Of a stretch of 64,000 bases of DNA, positions 38,201 through 48,773 are shown in pieces. A model generated the notes under the pieces. It had not been told where the DNA came from and ran no database searches. It saw only the letters and a program-made list of their open reading frames with translations. Position numbers and translations under genes: made by a program. Positions within the stretch are counted from its first letter, which is position 1, and every line of letters starts with the position of its first letter. Source of the stretch: Mobula hypostoma (lineage: Eukaryota); the NCBI RefSeq assembly GCF_963921235.1, contig NC_086097.1, positions 1,550,001-1,614,000 of the forward strand. Direction: 5' to 3'.

Positions 38201-39623
38201 ACATAAGACCATAAGATATAGGAGCAGAATTAGGCCATTTGGCCCATCGAGTCTGCTCCGCCATTTCATCATGGCTGATCCATTTTCCTCTCAGTCCCAA
38301 TTTCCTGCCTTCTCCCAATATCCCTTTAGGCCCTGAACAGTCAAGAATCTATCAACCTCTGCTTTAAATATACATAAAGGCTTGGCCTCCACAGCTGTCT
38401 GGGGCAAATTATTCCACAGATTCACCTCTCTCTAGCTAAAGAAATTCCTCCTTATCCCCGTTCTGAAAGATAGATAGATAGATATACTTTATTAATCCCG
38501 AGGGAAATTTGGTTTCGTTACAGCCGCACCAACCAAGAATAGAGTGTAAATATAGCAATACAAAAACCACAAACAATCAAACAACAAAATGCAAACTATG
38601 CCAGATGGAAGATAAGTCCAGGACCAGTCTATTGACTCAGGGTGTCTGACCCTCCACAGGAGGAGCTGCACATTCGATGGCCACAGGCAGGAACGACCTC
38701 CCGTGCCGCCCAGTGTTGTATCACGGTGGAATGTGGCCGAAGTCCAACAGTAAAATGTTCAATATCCAGTCTGCAAACACGTTCCTTGATCGTAGTATAC
38801 CCCGGATTGCACCATCCGTTGTTAGCCAGAGCAGTAAGCACCCCACTCCTTTACGCTTACCGCTCTCAGTGCACTTCTGGTCAGCCGGAACAGTATTACC
38901 CACCGAACTCCTCTTCTCCAAAAGTCTCTGTTGTCTCGACCCAGTCCTCTTTCCTCGGCTTTGTGATCCCCCTCTGCATCCTCTGTGTGTTTTCCTCCGG
39001 ATTTCAGCAGGGGGGTCCGCCGCTCTGTTAGCTAAGCCGGCCGGGACTTGCTGGTCCGTGGAATACAAAATGCGACCTTGCTTCTGTCCCTCGTGTCGGG
39101 ATGTAACCATTTCCAGCGCTAAAGAAAACCCAAATAAAACTCTCTCTACCAGCATGTTAGAGAGGGTGCAGCTTCAACGTGTTACCATGAGAAAAAAAAT
39201 ACAAAAATAACGTAAATTAAAAAGTAAGAAGAAGAAAGTAAAAGAATAGATGGGAACAGCTGTACCAGGCTGCATGCACGACCGGCGCATGCGCACTAAG
39301 TCCTATTTGCTGAGGCTGTGTCCTCTGGTCTTAGACTCTCCCACTATTGGAACTATCATCTCCATATCCACTCTATCTAGGTCGCTCATCATTTGATGAA
39401 TTTCAATAAGTCACCCCTCATTCTGAATTCCAGTGAATACAGGCCCAGTGCCATCAAATGCTCTTTACATGACAAGCTATTCAATCCTGAAATCATATTC
39501 GTGAACCTGCTTTGAACCCTCTCCAGTGTCAGCACATCCTTTCTAAGATACGGGGGCCCAAAACTGCTCACAATACTCCGAGTGAAGCCTCACCAGTGTT
39601 TTATAAAGTTTCAACATTACATC
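38201..39623 (-). mobile_element. CR1 3' portion (host), split by the 38469-39297 insert; short continuation near 41337-41351
   Basis: ATAAGACCATAAG tail; ORF 39389..39571 YLRKDVLTLERVQ. Confidence 0.85.
38469..39297 (-). mobile_element. Non-autonomous bipartite Rex1 derivative, copy 1
   Basis: (GATA)n tail and Rex1 3' end (GGSDTLSQ) joined at about 38732 to the 5' UTR and endonuclease start (GLRP). Ends GCGCATGCGCACT. Confidence 0.88.
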
Positions 39624-41335
39624 GGATATAGTACTTATTGAGAAAGTAAGGAGACATGGGATCCAAGGGGACACTGCTTTGTGGATCCAGAACTGGCTTG
39701 CTCACATTAGGCAAAGAGTGGTTGTAGATGGGTCATAGAACCATAGAACCATAGAAACTACAGCACAGAAACAGGCCTTTTGGCCCTTCTTGGCTGTGCC
39801 GAACCATTTTCTGCCTAGTCCCACTGACCTGCACACGGACCATATCCCTCCATACACCTCCCATCCATGTATCTGTCCAATTTATTCTTAAATGTTAAAA
39901 AAGAACCCGCATTTACCACCTCATCTGGCAGCTCATTTCATACTCCCACCACTCTCTGTGTGAAGAAGCCCCCCCCTAATGTTCCCTTTAAACTTTTCCC
40001 CCCTCACCCGTAGACAGCGACATTTTAAATATTTCTGCCAGGGTCCCCGCAATTTCAACACTAGTCTCCTTCAAAGTCCGAGGGAACACCCTGTCAGGTC
40101 CCGGGGATTTATCCACTTTAATTTTCCTCAAGACAGCAAGCATCTCCTCCTTTTCAATCTGTACAGTTTCCATGGTCTCACTACTTGATTCCCTCAATTC
40201 CATATATTTCATGCCAGCTTCCTTAGTAAAATACAGATGCAAAAAACCTATTTAAGATCTCCCCCATTTCCTTTGGTTCCGCACAAAGCACATTCACACA
40301 TATCCTGCATGGAGGTTGGTGACCAGTGGTGTGCCTCAAGGATCTGTTCTGGCACCCCTACTCTTCATGATTTTTATAAATGACCTGGATGAGGAAGTGG
40401 AGGGATGGGTTCATAAATTTGCTGATGACACAAAGGTTGGGGGTGTTGTGGATAGTGTGGAGGGCTGTCAGAGGTTACAGCAGGACGTTGATAGGATGCA
40501 AAACTGGGCTGAAAACTGGCAGATGGAGTTTAACCCAGATAAGTGTGAAGTAGTTCATTTTGGTAGGTCAAATATGATGGCAGAATATAGTATTAATGGT
40601 AAGACTCTTAGCAGTGTGGAGGATCAGAGGGATCTTGGGGTCCGAGTCCATAGGACACTCAAAGCTGCTACGCAGGTTGACTGTGTGGTTAAGAAGGCAT
40701 ACGGTGCATTGGCCTTCGTCAACTGTGGAATTGAGTTCAAGAACCAAGAGCTAATGTCACAGCTATTTTGGACCCTTGTCAGACCCCACTTGGAGTACTG
40801 TGCTCAGTTCTGGTTGCCTCACTACAGGAAGGATGTGGAAACCATAGAAAGGGTGCAGAGGAGATTTTCAAGGATGTTGCCTGGATTGGGGAGCATACTT
40901 TATGAGAATAGGTTGAGTGAATTTGGCCTTTTCTCCTTGGAGCGACGGAGGATCAGAGGTGACCTGATTGAGGTGTACAAGATGATGAGAGGTATTGATC
41001 GTGTGGATAGTCAGAGGCTTTTTCCGAGGGCTGAGATGGCTAGCATGAGAGGGCACAGTTTTAAGGTGCTTGGAGTAGGTACAGAGGAGATAGCAGGGTT
41101 AAGTTTTTTATGCAGAGAGTGGTGAGTGTGTGGAATGAGCTGCCGGCGACACTGGAGGAGGCGAATACGATAGGGTCTTTTAAGAGACTCCTGGACAGGT
41201 ACATGGAGCTTAGAAAAATAGTGGGCTATGGGTAACCCTAGGTAATTTCCAAGGTAAGGACATGTTCGGCACAGCTTTGTGGACCAAAGGGCCTGTATTG
41301 TGCTCTAGGTTTTCTATGTTTCTATGTTTCTTCTA
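39624..41335 (+). mobile_element. CR1 3' portion, split by the 39738-40298 insert
   Basis: ORF 40316..41125 ([23 protein letters not shown]); (TTTCTATG)n tail. Confidence 0.92.
39738..40298 (-). mobile_element. Internally deleted CR1, same family as 4076-5712 and 42391-45510
   Basis: 3' end near-identical to 4076-4343, joined at CCTCACC (40002-40008) to sequence matching about 43015-43295. Possible TSD CATA. Confidence 0.88.
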
Positions 41336-41351
41336 TTCTTGCTTTTATATT

Positions 41352-41711
41352 AGCGTAGTAAAAGTGCGGGATGGTCACCAGTGTAGTCTTGGAACATAGA
41401 CTGTTCCACTTAGCCGACCAGCAGGCAGACATAACTGGGATCCATGAGAGTGCCCATGGCTATACCTTTTGTTTGATGGAAGTGGGAGGACCCAAAGGAG
41501 AAATTACTTAGCGTGAGGACAAGTTCCGCTAGGTGGAGGAGAGTGGTGGTAAAGGGAACTAGTTAGGTCTAGTGTCCAGAAAAAAATGCAAGCTTTGAGG
41601 CCTTCCTGGTGTGGGATGGAGGTGTAGAGGGAGCTGGACATTTTGAGTAAAAATAAGAAGATGGGGGCCAGGAACCTGAAATCATTGAAAAGATGCAGAA
41701 CGTGTGAAGGG
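41352..41711 (-). pseudogene. Penelope-like reverse transcriptase fragment
   Basis: SLYTSIPHQEGLKA, then after a frameshift LAELVLTLSNFSFGSSHFHQTKGIAMGTLMDPSY, which are PLE RT motifs. Confidence 0.82.
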
Positions 41712-42390
41712 TAATATCCTGAGACCTTATCATTTATAATCAACTCCAACATCTTCCCAACCACTGGTCTATATTTTCCTTTCTTCTGCCTCACTCTTTC
41801 CTGAAGAGTAGAGTGACATTTGTAATTTTCCATTGTTCTGGAACCATTCCAGAATCTAGTGATTCTTGAAAGATCATTACTAATGCCTCCACAATCTCTT
41901 CGGTCACCTCTATCAGAACTCTGGGGTGTACACCATCTTGTCCAGGTGACTTACCCACCTTCAGACTTTTCAGTTTCCCAAGAACCTTCTCTCTAGTAAT
42001 GATAACTTCACACACTTCATGGCCATGACACCTGGAACTTCCTCCACACTGCTAGTGTCTTTCACAGTGAAGACTGATGCAAAATACTTATTCAGTTCAT
42101 CCATCATTTCATTGTCTCCATTACTACCTCTCCAGCATTGTTTTCCAGCGGTTTGATATCAACTCTAGTCTCTCTTTCACTGTTTATGTATCTGATGAAA
42201 CTTTTTGTATTCTCTTTAACATTATTGGCTAGCTTACTTTCATATTCCATTTTTACTTTCTTAATGACTTTTTTTGTTGCCTTCTGTTGATATTTGAAAG
42301 GTTCTCAATCTTCCAACCTCCCACTAATTTTTGCTCTATTATATGCCCTCTCTTGGGCTTTTATGGTGGCTTTGACTTCTCTTGTTAGCC
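41712..42390 (-). mobile_element. Decayed CR1 ORF2 fragment
   Basis: ORF 41791..42015 KSPGQDGVHPRVL. Confidence 0.85.
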
Positions 42391-45300
42391 CATTTTTCCA
42401 GCTGGTCCAAGTCCCTCTGCAGGCTCTGAAAACCTTCCTCACTGTCTACTACACCTCCAATCTTTGTAACATCAGCAAATTTGCTGATCCAATTTACCAC
42501 ATTATCATCCAGATCATTGATATAGATGACAAGTAACAATGGGCCCAGCACTGATCCCTGTGGCACACCACTAATCACAGGCCTCCACTCAGAGAAGCAA
42601 TTCTGTATTACCACTCTTTGGCTTCTTCCATCGAGCCAATGTCTAATCCAATTTACCACCTCTCCATGTATACCTAGCGACTGAATTTCCCTAACTAACC
42701 TCCCATGTGGGACCTTGTCAAAGGGCTTACTGAAGTCCATGGAGACAATATCCACTGCCTTCCCTTCATCCACTTTCCTGGTAACTTCCTCGAAAAACTC
42801 CAATAGATTGGTCAAACATGATCTACCACGCACAAAGCCATGTTGACTCTCCCTAATAAGCCCCTGTCTATCCAAATGCTTGTAGATTCTGTCTGTTAGT
42901 ACTCCCTCCAATAACTTACCTACTACCGACATTAAATTTACCGGCCTATAATTTCCCGGATTACTTTTCGATCCTTTTTTAAACAACAGACCTCCACTCT
43001 CCAATCCTCCGGCACCTCACCTGTAGACAGCAACATTTTAAATATTTCTGCCAGGGCCCCTGCAATTTCAACACTAATCTCCTTCAAGGTCCGAGGGAAC
43101 ACCCTGTCAGGTCCTGGGGATTTATCCACTTTAATTTTCCTCAAGACAGCAAGCACATCCTCCTTTTCAATCTATACAGTTTCCATGATCTCACTGCTTG
43201 TTTCCCCTAATTCCATAGACTTCATGCCAGTTTCCTTAGTAAATACAGACGCAAAAAACCTATTTAAGATCTCCCCCATTTCCTTTGGTTCCGCACATAG
43301 CCGACCACTCTGATCTTCAACAGGTCCAATTTTATCCCTTACAATCCTTTTGCTCTTAGTATACCTGTAAAAGCTCTTTGGGTTATCCTTCACTTTGACT
43401 GCCAAGGCAACCTCATGTCTTCTTTTTGCCCTCCTGATTTCTTTCTTAAGTATTTTCTTGCACTCCTTATACTCCTCAAGCACCTTATTTACTCCCTGCT
43501 TCCTATACATGTCATACAACTCCCTCTTCTTTATCAGACTTGCAATATCCCTTGAGAACCAAGGTTCCTTATTCCTATTCACTTTGCCTTTAATCCTGAC
43601 AGGAACATACAAGCTCTGCACTCTCAAAATTTCTCCTTTGAAGGCTTCCCACCTACCGATCACATCCTTGCCAGAGAACAACCTGTCCCAATCCACGCTT
43701 TTTAGATCCTTTCTCATTTCTTCAAATTTGGCCTTCTTCCAGTTCAGAACCTCAACCCTAGGACCAGATCTATCCTTGTCCATGATCAAATTGAAACTAA
43801 TGGTGTTATGATCACTGGAACCAAAGTGCTCCCCTACACACACTTCTGTCACTTGCCCTAATTCGTTTCCTAACAGGAGATCCAATATTGCATCCCCTCT
43901 AGTTGGTCCCTCTATATATTGATTTAGAAAACTTTCCTGAACACATTTTACAAACTCTAAACCATCTAGACCCCTAACAGTATGGGAGTCCCAATCAATA
44001 TATGGAAAATTAAAATCCCCTACCACCACAACTTTATGTTTCCTGCATTTGCCTGCTATCTCTCTGCAGATTTGCTCTTCCAATTCTCATTGGCTATTGG
44101 GTGGTCTGTAATACAATCCCACTAATGTGGCCATACCTTTCCTGTTTCTCTGCTCCACCCATAAGGACTCAGTAGACAAGCCCTCTAATCTGTCCTGCCT
44201 GAGCACTGCTGTAATATTTTCCCCAACAAGCAATGTTACTCCCCCACCTTTCATTCCTCTGCCTCGATCACATCTGAAACATCGGAACCCTGGAATATTA
44301 AGCTGCCAGTCCTGCCCCTCCTGTAGCCAAGTTTCACTAATTGCTACAACATCATAATTCCACGTGTCAATCCACGCCCTCAACTCATCCGCCTTCCCCG
44401 CAATACTCCTAGCATTGAAATATATACACCTCAGAAGATTTTTACCACCACTCACAACCTTTCTATCAGCGGATTTGCTTAAACTTTCAACATCATTTAT
44501 TTTCACCCCAGCCATACTGTCAGCTCTGGCACTCTGGTTCCCATCCCCCTGCAAATCTAGTTTAAAGCCTCCCCTATAGCACTAACAAACCTCCCTGAAA
44601 GGATATTGGTCCCCCTGTAGTTCAAGTGTAACCCGTCTCTCTTGTACAGGTCCCACCTGCCCCAGAAGAGGTCCCAATGATCCTGAAATCTGAAACTCTG
44701 CCCCCTACACCAGTTCCTCAGCCACTTGTTCATCCTCCAGAGCATCCTATTCCTGCCCTCACTGGCACGTGGCACAGGTAGCAATCCTGAGATTACCACC
44801 CTCGAGGTCCTGCTTTTCAACTTCCTACCAAGCTCTCTATACTCACTCTCCAGGACCTCCTCACTCTTCCTTGCTATGTCATTGGTACCGATGTGCACCA
44901 CGACATCTGGCTGATCACCCTCCCACTTCAGAGTGTCATGCAATCGATCAGAGACATCCTTGACCCTGACACCCGGGAGGCAACAAACCATCCTGGATTC
45001 TCTGTCACGACTACAGAACCTCCTATCTGTACCTCTAACTATCGAATCCCCTATCACTACCGCTCTCCTCTTTTTCCACCCTCCCTTCTGCACTGCAGAG
45101 CCAGACTCAGTGCCAGAGATCCGGCTACTGCAGCTTGTCCCAGGTAAGTCATCCCCCCCCAACAGTATCCAGTGCTGTATACTTGTTGTTGAGGGGAATG
45201 GCCACAGGGGAACCCTGCTCTGCCTGCCCTTTCCTCTTCCCTCGCCTGACAGTGACGGTTTGTCAGGAGCTGCAGCTGGATGCACTTCTTGCAGGTGTCG

Positions 45301-45510
45301 TTGTCAGGGACACCGGAGGGCTCCCTGACTTCCCACATCCTGCAAGAGGAGCATTCCAACATCCTGCCTGGCATTCTCTCTACGCTAGACAATCTGGACA
45401 AAAAACTCACCGGAACCTACCCTGGCGTCTGCCTGTTCTCGCTGAAGCCTGTTGAGCCAAAGCCGTCCCACTCCGACGATGGCCGCTACAACGATGGCCG
45501 CTGTATATGG
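42391..45510 (-). mobile_element. CR1 with 5' UTR, ORF1 (Cys finger and SGNH esterase), endonuclease and RT, but 3'-truncated
   Basis: MPGRMLECSSCRMW...CKKC; VVIGDSIVRG, HIGTND, DGLHLN; YFNARSI; ORFs 43172..44083 and 42339..43004, ending at DLDQLEKWA. Confidence 0.93.
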
Positions 45511-45626
45511 TGGTCTGCTGTAATTCCCTGTAATTCCATGGGCTCTTATCTTGCTAAGCAGCCTCACGTGCGGCACCTTGTCAAAGGCCTTCAGAAAATC
45601 CAAGTACACCACATCTACTGCATCTC

Positions 45627-48600
45627 TAAACTAGAATGGTTGGGGGGTGGGAATCAAATTAAAGAGGCTAGGCGTGAGGAGGTTAGTTCACAACAGGGGG
45701 ATGGGAACCAGTGCAGAGAGACAGAGGGGTGTAAAGTGAGGGTAGAAGCAAAAAGTACAAAGGAGAAAAGTAAAAGTGGCAGGCCGACAAATCCAGGGCA
45801 TGCATTAAAAACGGCCACTTTTCAACATAATTGTATAAGGGCTAAGAGAGTTGTAAAAGAGCGCCTGAAGGCTTTGTGTGTCAATGCAAGGAGCATTCGT
45901 AATAAGGTGGATGAATTGAAAGTGCAGATTGTTATTAATGATTATCATATAGTTGGGATCACAGAGACATGGCTCCAGGGTGACCAAGGATGGGAGCTCA
46001 ACGTTCAGGGATATTCAATATTCAGGAGGGATAGACATGAAGGAAGGGGAGGTGGGGTGGCGTTGCTGGTTAGAGAAGAGATTAACGCAATAGAAAGGAA
46101 GGACATAAGCCGGAAAGATGTGGAATCGATATGGGTAGAGCTGCGTAACACTAAGGGGCAGAAGACGCTGGTGGGAGTTGTGTACAGGCCACCTAACAGT
46201 AGTAGTGAGGTCGGAGATGGTATTAAACAGGAAATTAGAAATGTGTGCAATAAAGGAACAGCAGTTATAATGGGTGACTTCAATCTACATGTAGATTGGG
46301 TGAACCAAATTGGTAAAGGTGCTGAGGAAGAGGATTTCTTGGAATGTATGCGGGTTGGTTTTTTGAACCAACATGTCGAGGAACCAACTAGAGAGCAGGC
46401 TATTCTGGACTGGGTTTTGAGCAATGAGGAAGGGTTAATTAGCAATCTTGTCGTGAGAGGCCCCTTGGGTAAGAGTGACCATAATATGGTGGAATTCTTC
46501 ATTAAGATGGAGAGTGACATAGTTAATTCAGAAACAAAGGTTCTGAACTTAGAGAGGGGTAACTTTGAAGGTATGAGACGTGAATTAGCTAAGATAGACT
46601 GGCAAATGACACTTAAAGGATTGACGGTGGATATGCAATGGCAAGCATTTAAAGGTTGCATGGATGAACTACAACAATTGTTCATCCCAGTTTGGCAAAA
46701 GAATAAATCAAGGAAGGTAGTGCACCCGTGGCTGACAAGAGAAATTAGGGATAGTATCAATTCCAAAGAAGAAGCATACAAATTAGCCAGAGAAAGTGGC
46801 TCACCTGAGGACTGGGAGAAATTCAGAGTTCAGCAGAGGAGGACAAAGGGCTTAATTAGGAAGGGGAAAAAAGATTATGAGAGAAAACTGGCAGGGAACA
46901 TAAAAACGGACTGTAAAAGCTTTTATAGATATGTAAAAAGGAAAAGACTGGTAAAGACAAATGTAGGTCCCCTGCAGACAGAAACAGGTGAATTGATTAT
47001 GGGGAGCAAGGACATGGCAGACCAATTGAATAATTACTTTGGTTCTGTCTTCACTAAGGAGGACATAAATAATCTTCCAGAAATAATAGGGGACAGAGGG
47101 TCCAGTGAGATGGAGGAACTGAGCGAAATACATGTTAGTAGGGAAGTGGTGTTAGGTAAATTGAAGGGATTGAAGGCAGATAAATCCCCAGGGCCAGATG
47201 GTCTGCATCCTAGAGTGCTTAAGGAAGTAGCCCAAGAAATAGCGGATGCATTAGTGATAATTTTTCAAAACTCGTTAGATTCTGGACTAGTTCCTGAGGA
47301 TTGAAGGGTGGCTAATGTAACCCCACTTTTTAAAAAAGGAGGGAGAGAGAAACCGGGGAATTATAGACCGGTTAGCCTAACGTCGGTGGTGGGGAAACTG
47401 CTGGAGTCAGTTATCAAGGATGTGATAACAGCACATTTGGAAAGCGGTGAAATGATCGGACAAAGTCAGCATGAATTTGTGAAAGGAAAATCATGTCTGA
47501 CGAATCTCATAGAATTTTTTGAGGATGTAACTAGTAGAGTGGATAGGGGAGAACCAGTGGATGTGGTATATTTGGATTTTCAAAAGGCTTTTGACAAGCT
47601 CCCGCACAGGAGATTAGTGTGCAAACTTAAAGCACACGGTATTGGGGGTAAGGTATTGGTGTGGGTGGAGAATTGGTTAGCAGACAGGAAGCAAAGAGTG
47701 GGAATAAATGGGACCTTTTCAGAATGGCAGGCGGTGACTAGTGGGGTACCGCAAGGCTCAGTGCTGGGACCCCAGTTGTTTACAATATATATTAATGACT
47801 TGGATGAGGGAATTAAATGCAGCATCTCCAAGTTTGCGGATGACACGAAGCTGGGTGGCAGTGTTAGCTGTGAGGAGGATGCTAAGAGGATGCAGGGTGA
47901 CTTGGATAGGTTGGGTGAGTGGGCAAATTCATGGTAGATGCAATTTAATGTGGATAAATGTGAAGTTATCCACTTTGGTGGCAAAAATAGGAAAACAGAT
48001 TATTATCTGAATGGTGGCCGATTAGGAAAAGGGGAGGTGCAATGAGACCTGGGTGTCATTATACACCAGTCATTGAAAGTGGGCATGCAGGTACAGCAGG
48101 CGGTGAAAAAGGCGAATGGTATGCTGGCATTTGTAGCGAGACGATTCGAATACAGGAGCAGGGAGGTACTACTGCAGTTGTACAATGCCTTGGTGAGACC
48201 ACACCTGGAGTATTGTGTGCAGTTTTGGTCCCCTAATCTGAGGAAAGACATCCTTGCCATAGAGAGAGTACAAAGAAGGTTCACCAGATTGATTTCTGGG
48301 ATGGCAGGACTTTCATATGAAGAAAGACTGGATGAACTGGGCTTGTACTCGTTGGAATTTAGAAGATTGAGGGGGGATCTGATTGAAACGTATAAAATCC
48401 TAAAGGGATTGGACAGGCTAGATGCAGGAAGATTGTTCCCGATGCTGGGGAAGTCCAGAACGAGGGGCCACAGTTTGAGGATAGAGGGGAAGCCTTTTAG
48501 GACCGAGATGAGGAAAAACTTCTTCACACAGAGAGTGGTGAATCTGTGGAATTCTCTGCCACAGGAAACAGTTGAGGCCAGTTCATTGGCTATATTTAAG

Positions 48601-48768
48601 AGGGAGTTAGATATGGCCCTTGTGGCTACGGGGGTCAGTGGGTATGGAGGGAAGGCTGGGGTGGGGTTCTGAGTTGGATGATCAGCCATGATCATAATAA
48701 ATGGCGGTGCAGGCTCGAAGGGCCGAATGTCCTACTCCTGCACCTATTTTCTATGTTTCTATGTTTCT
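45627..48768 (+). mobile_element. Young CR1 with near-complete ORF2 (endonuclease, RT, C-terminus) and three in-frame nonsense codons
   Basis: ORFs ending 47304, 47308..47937 and 48073..48672 share one frame, with stops at 47302, 47935 and 48043. TSD ATCTC at 45622-45626 and 48769-48773. (TTTCTATG)n tail. Confidence 0.96.
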
Positions 48769-48773
48769 ATCTC

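Noticed and set aside
45280..45626. N-terminal extension of the 674-aa ORF as a novel fusion protein
   Set aside because: It is chance read-through across antisense CR1 pieces upstream of the TSD-defined insertion start at 45627.
46005..48695. Long antisense ORFs (258, 134, 230 aa) and similar ones opposite other CR1 copies
   Set aside because: These are shadow frames of CR1 ORF2 with no recognisable domains.
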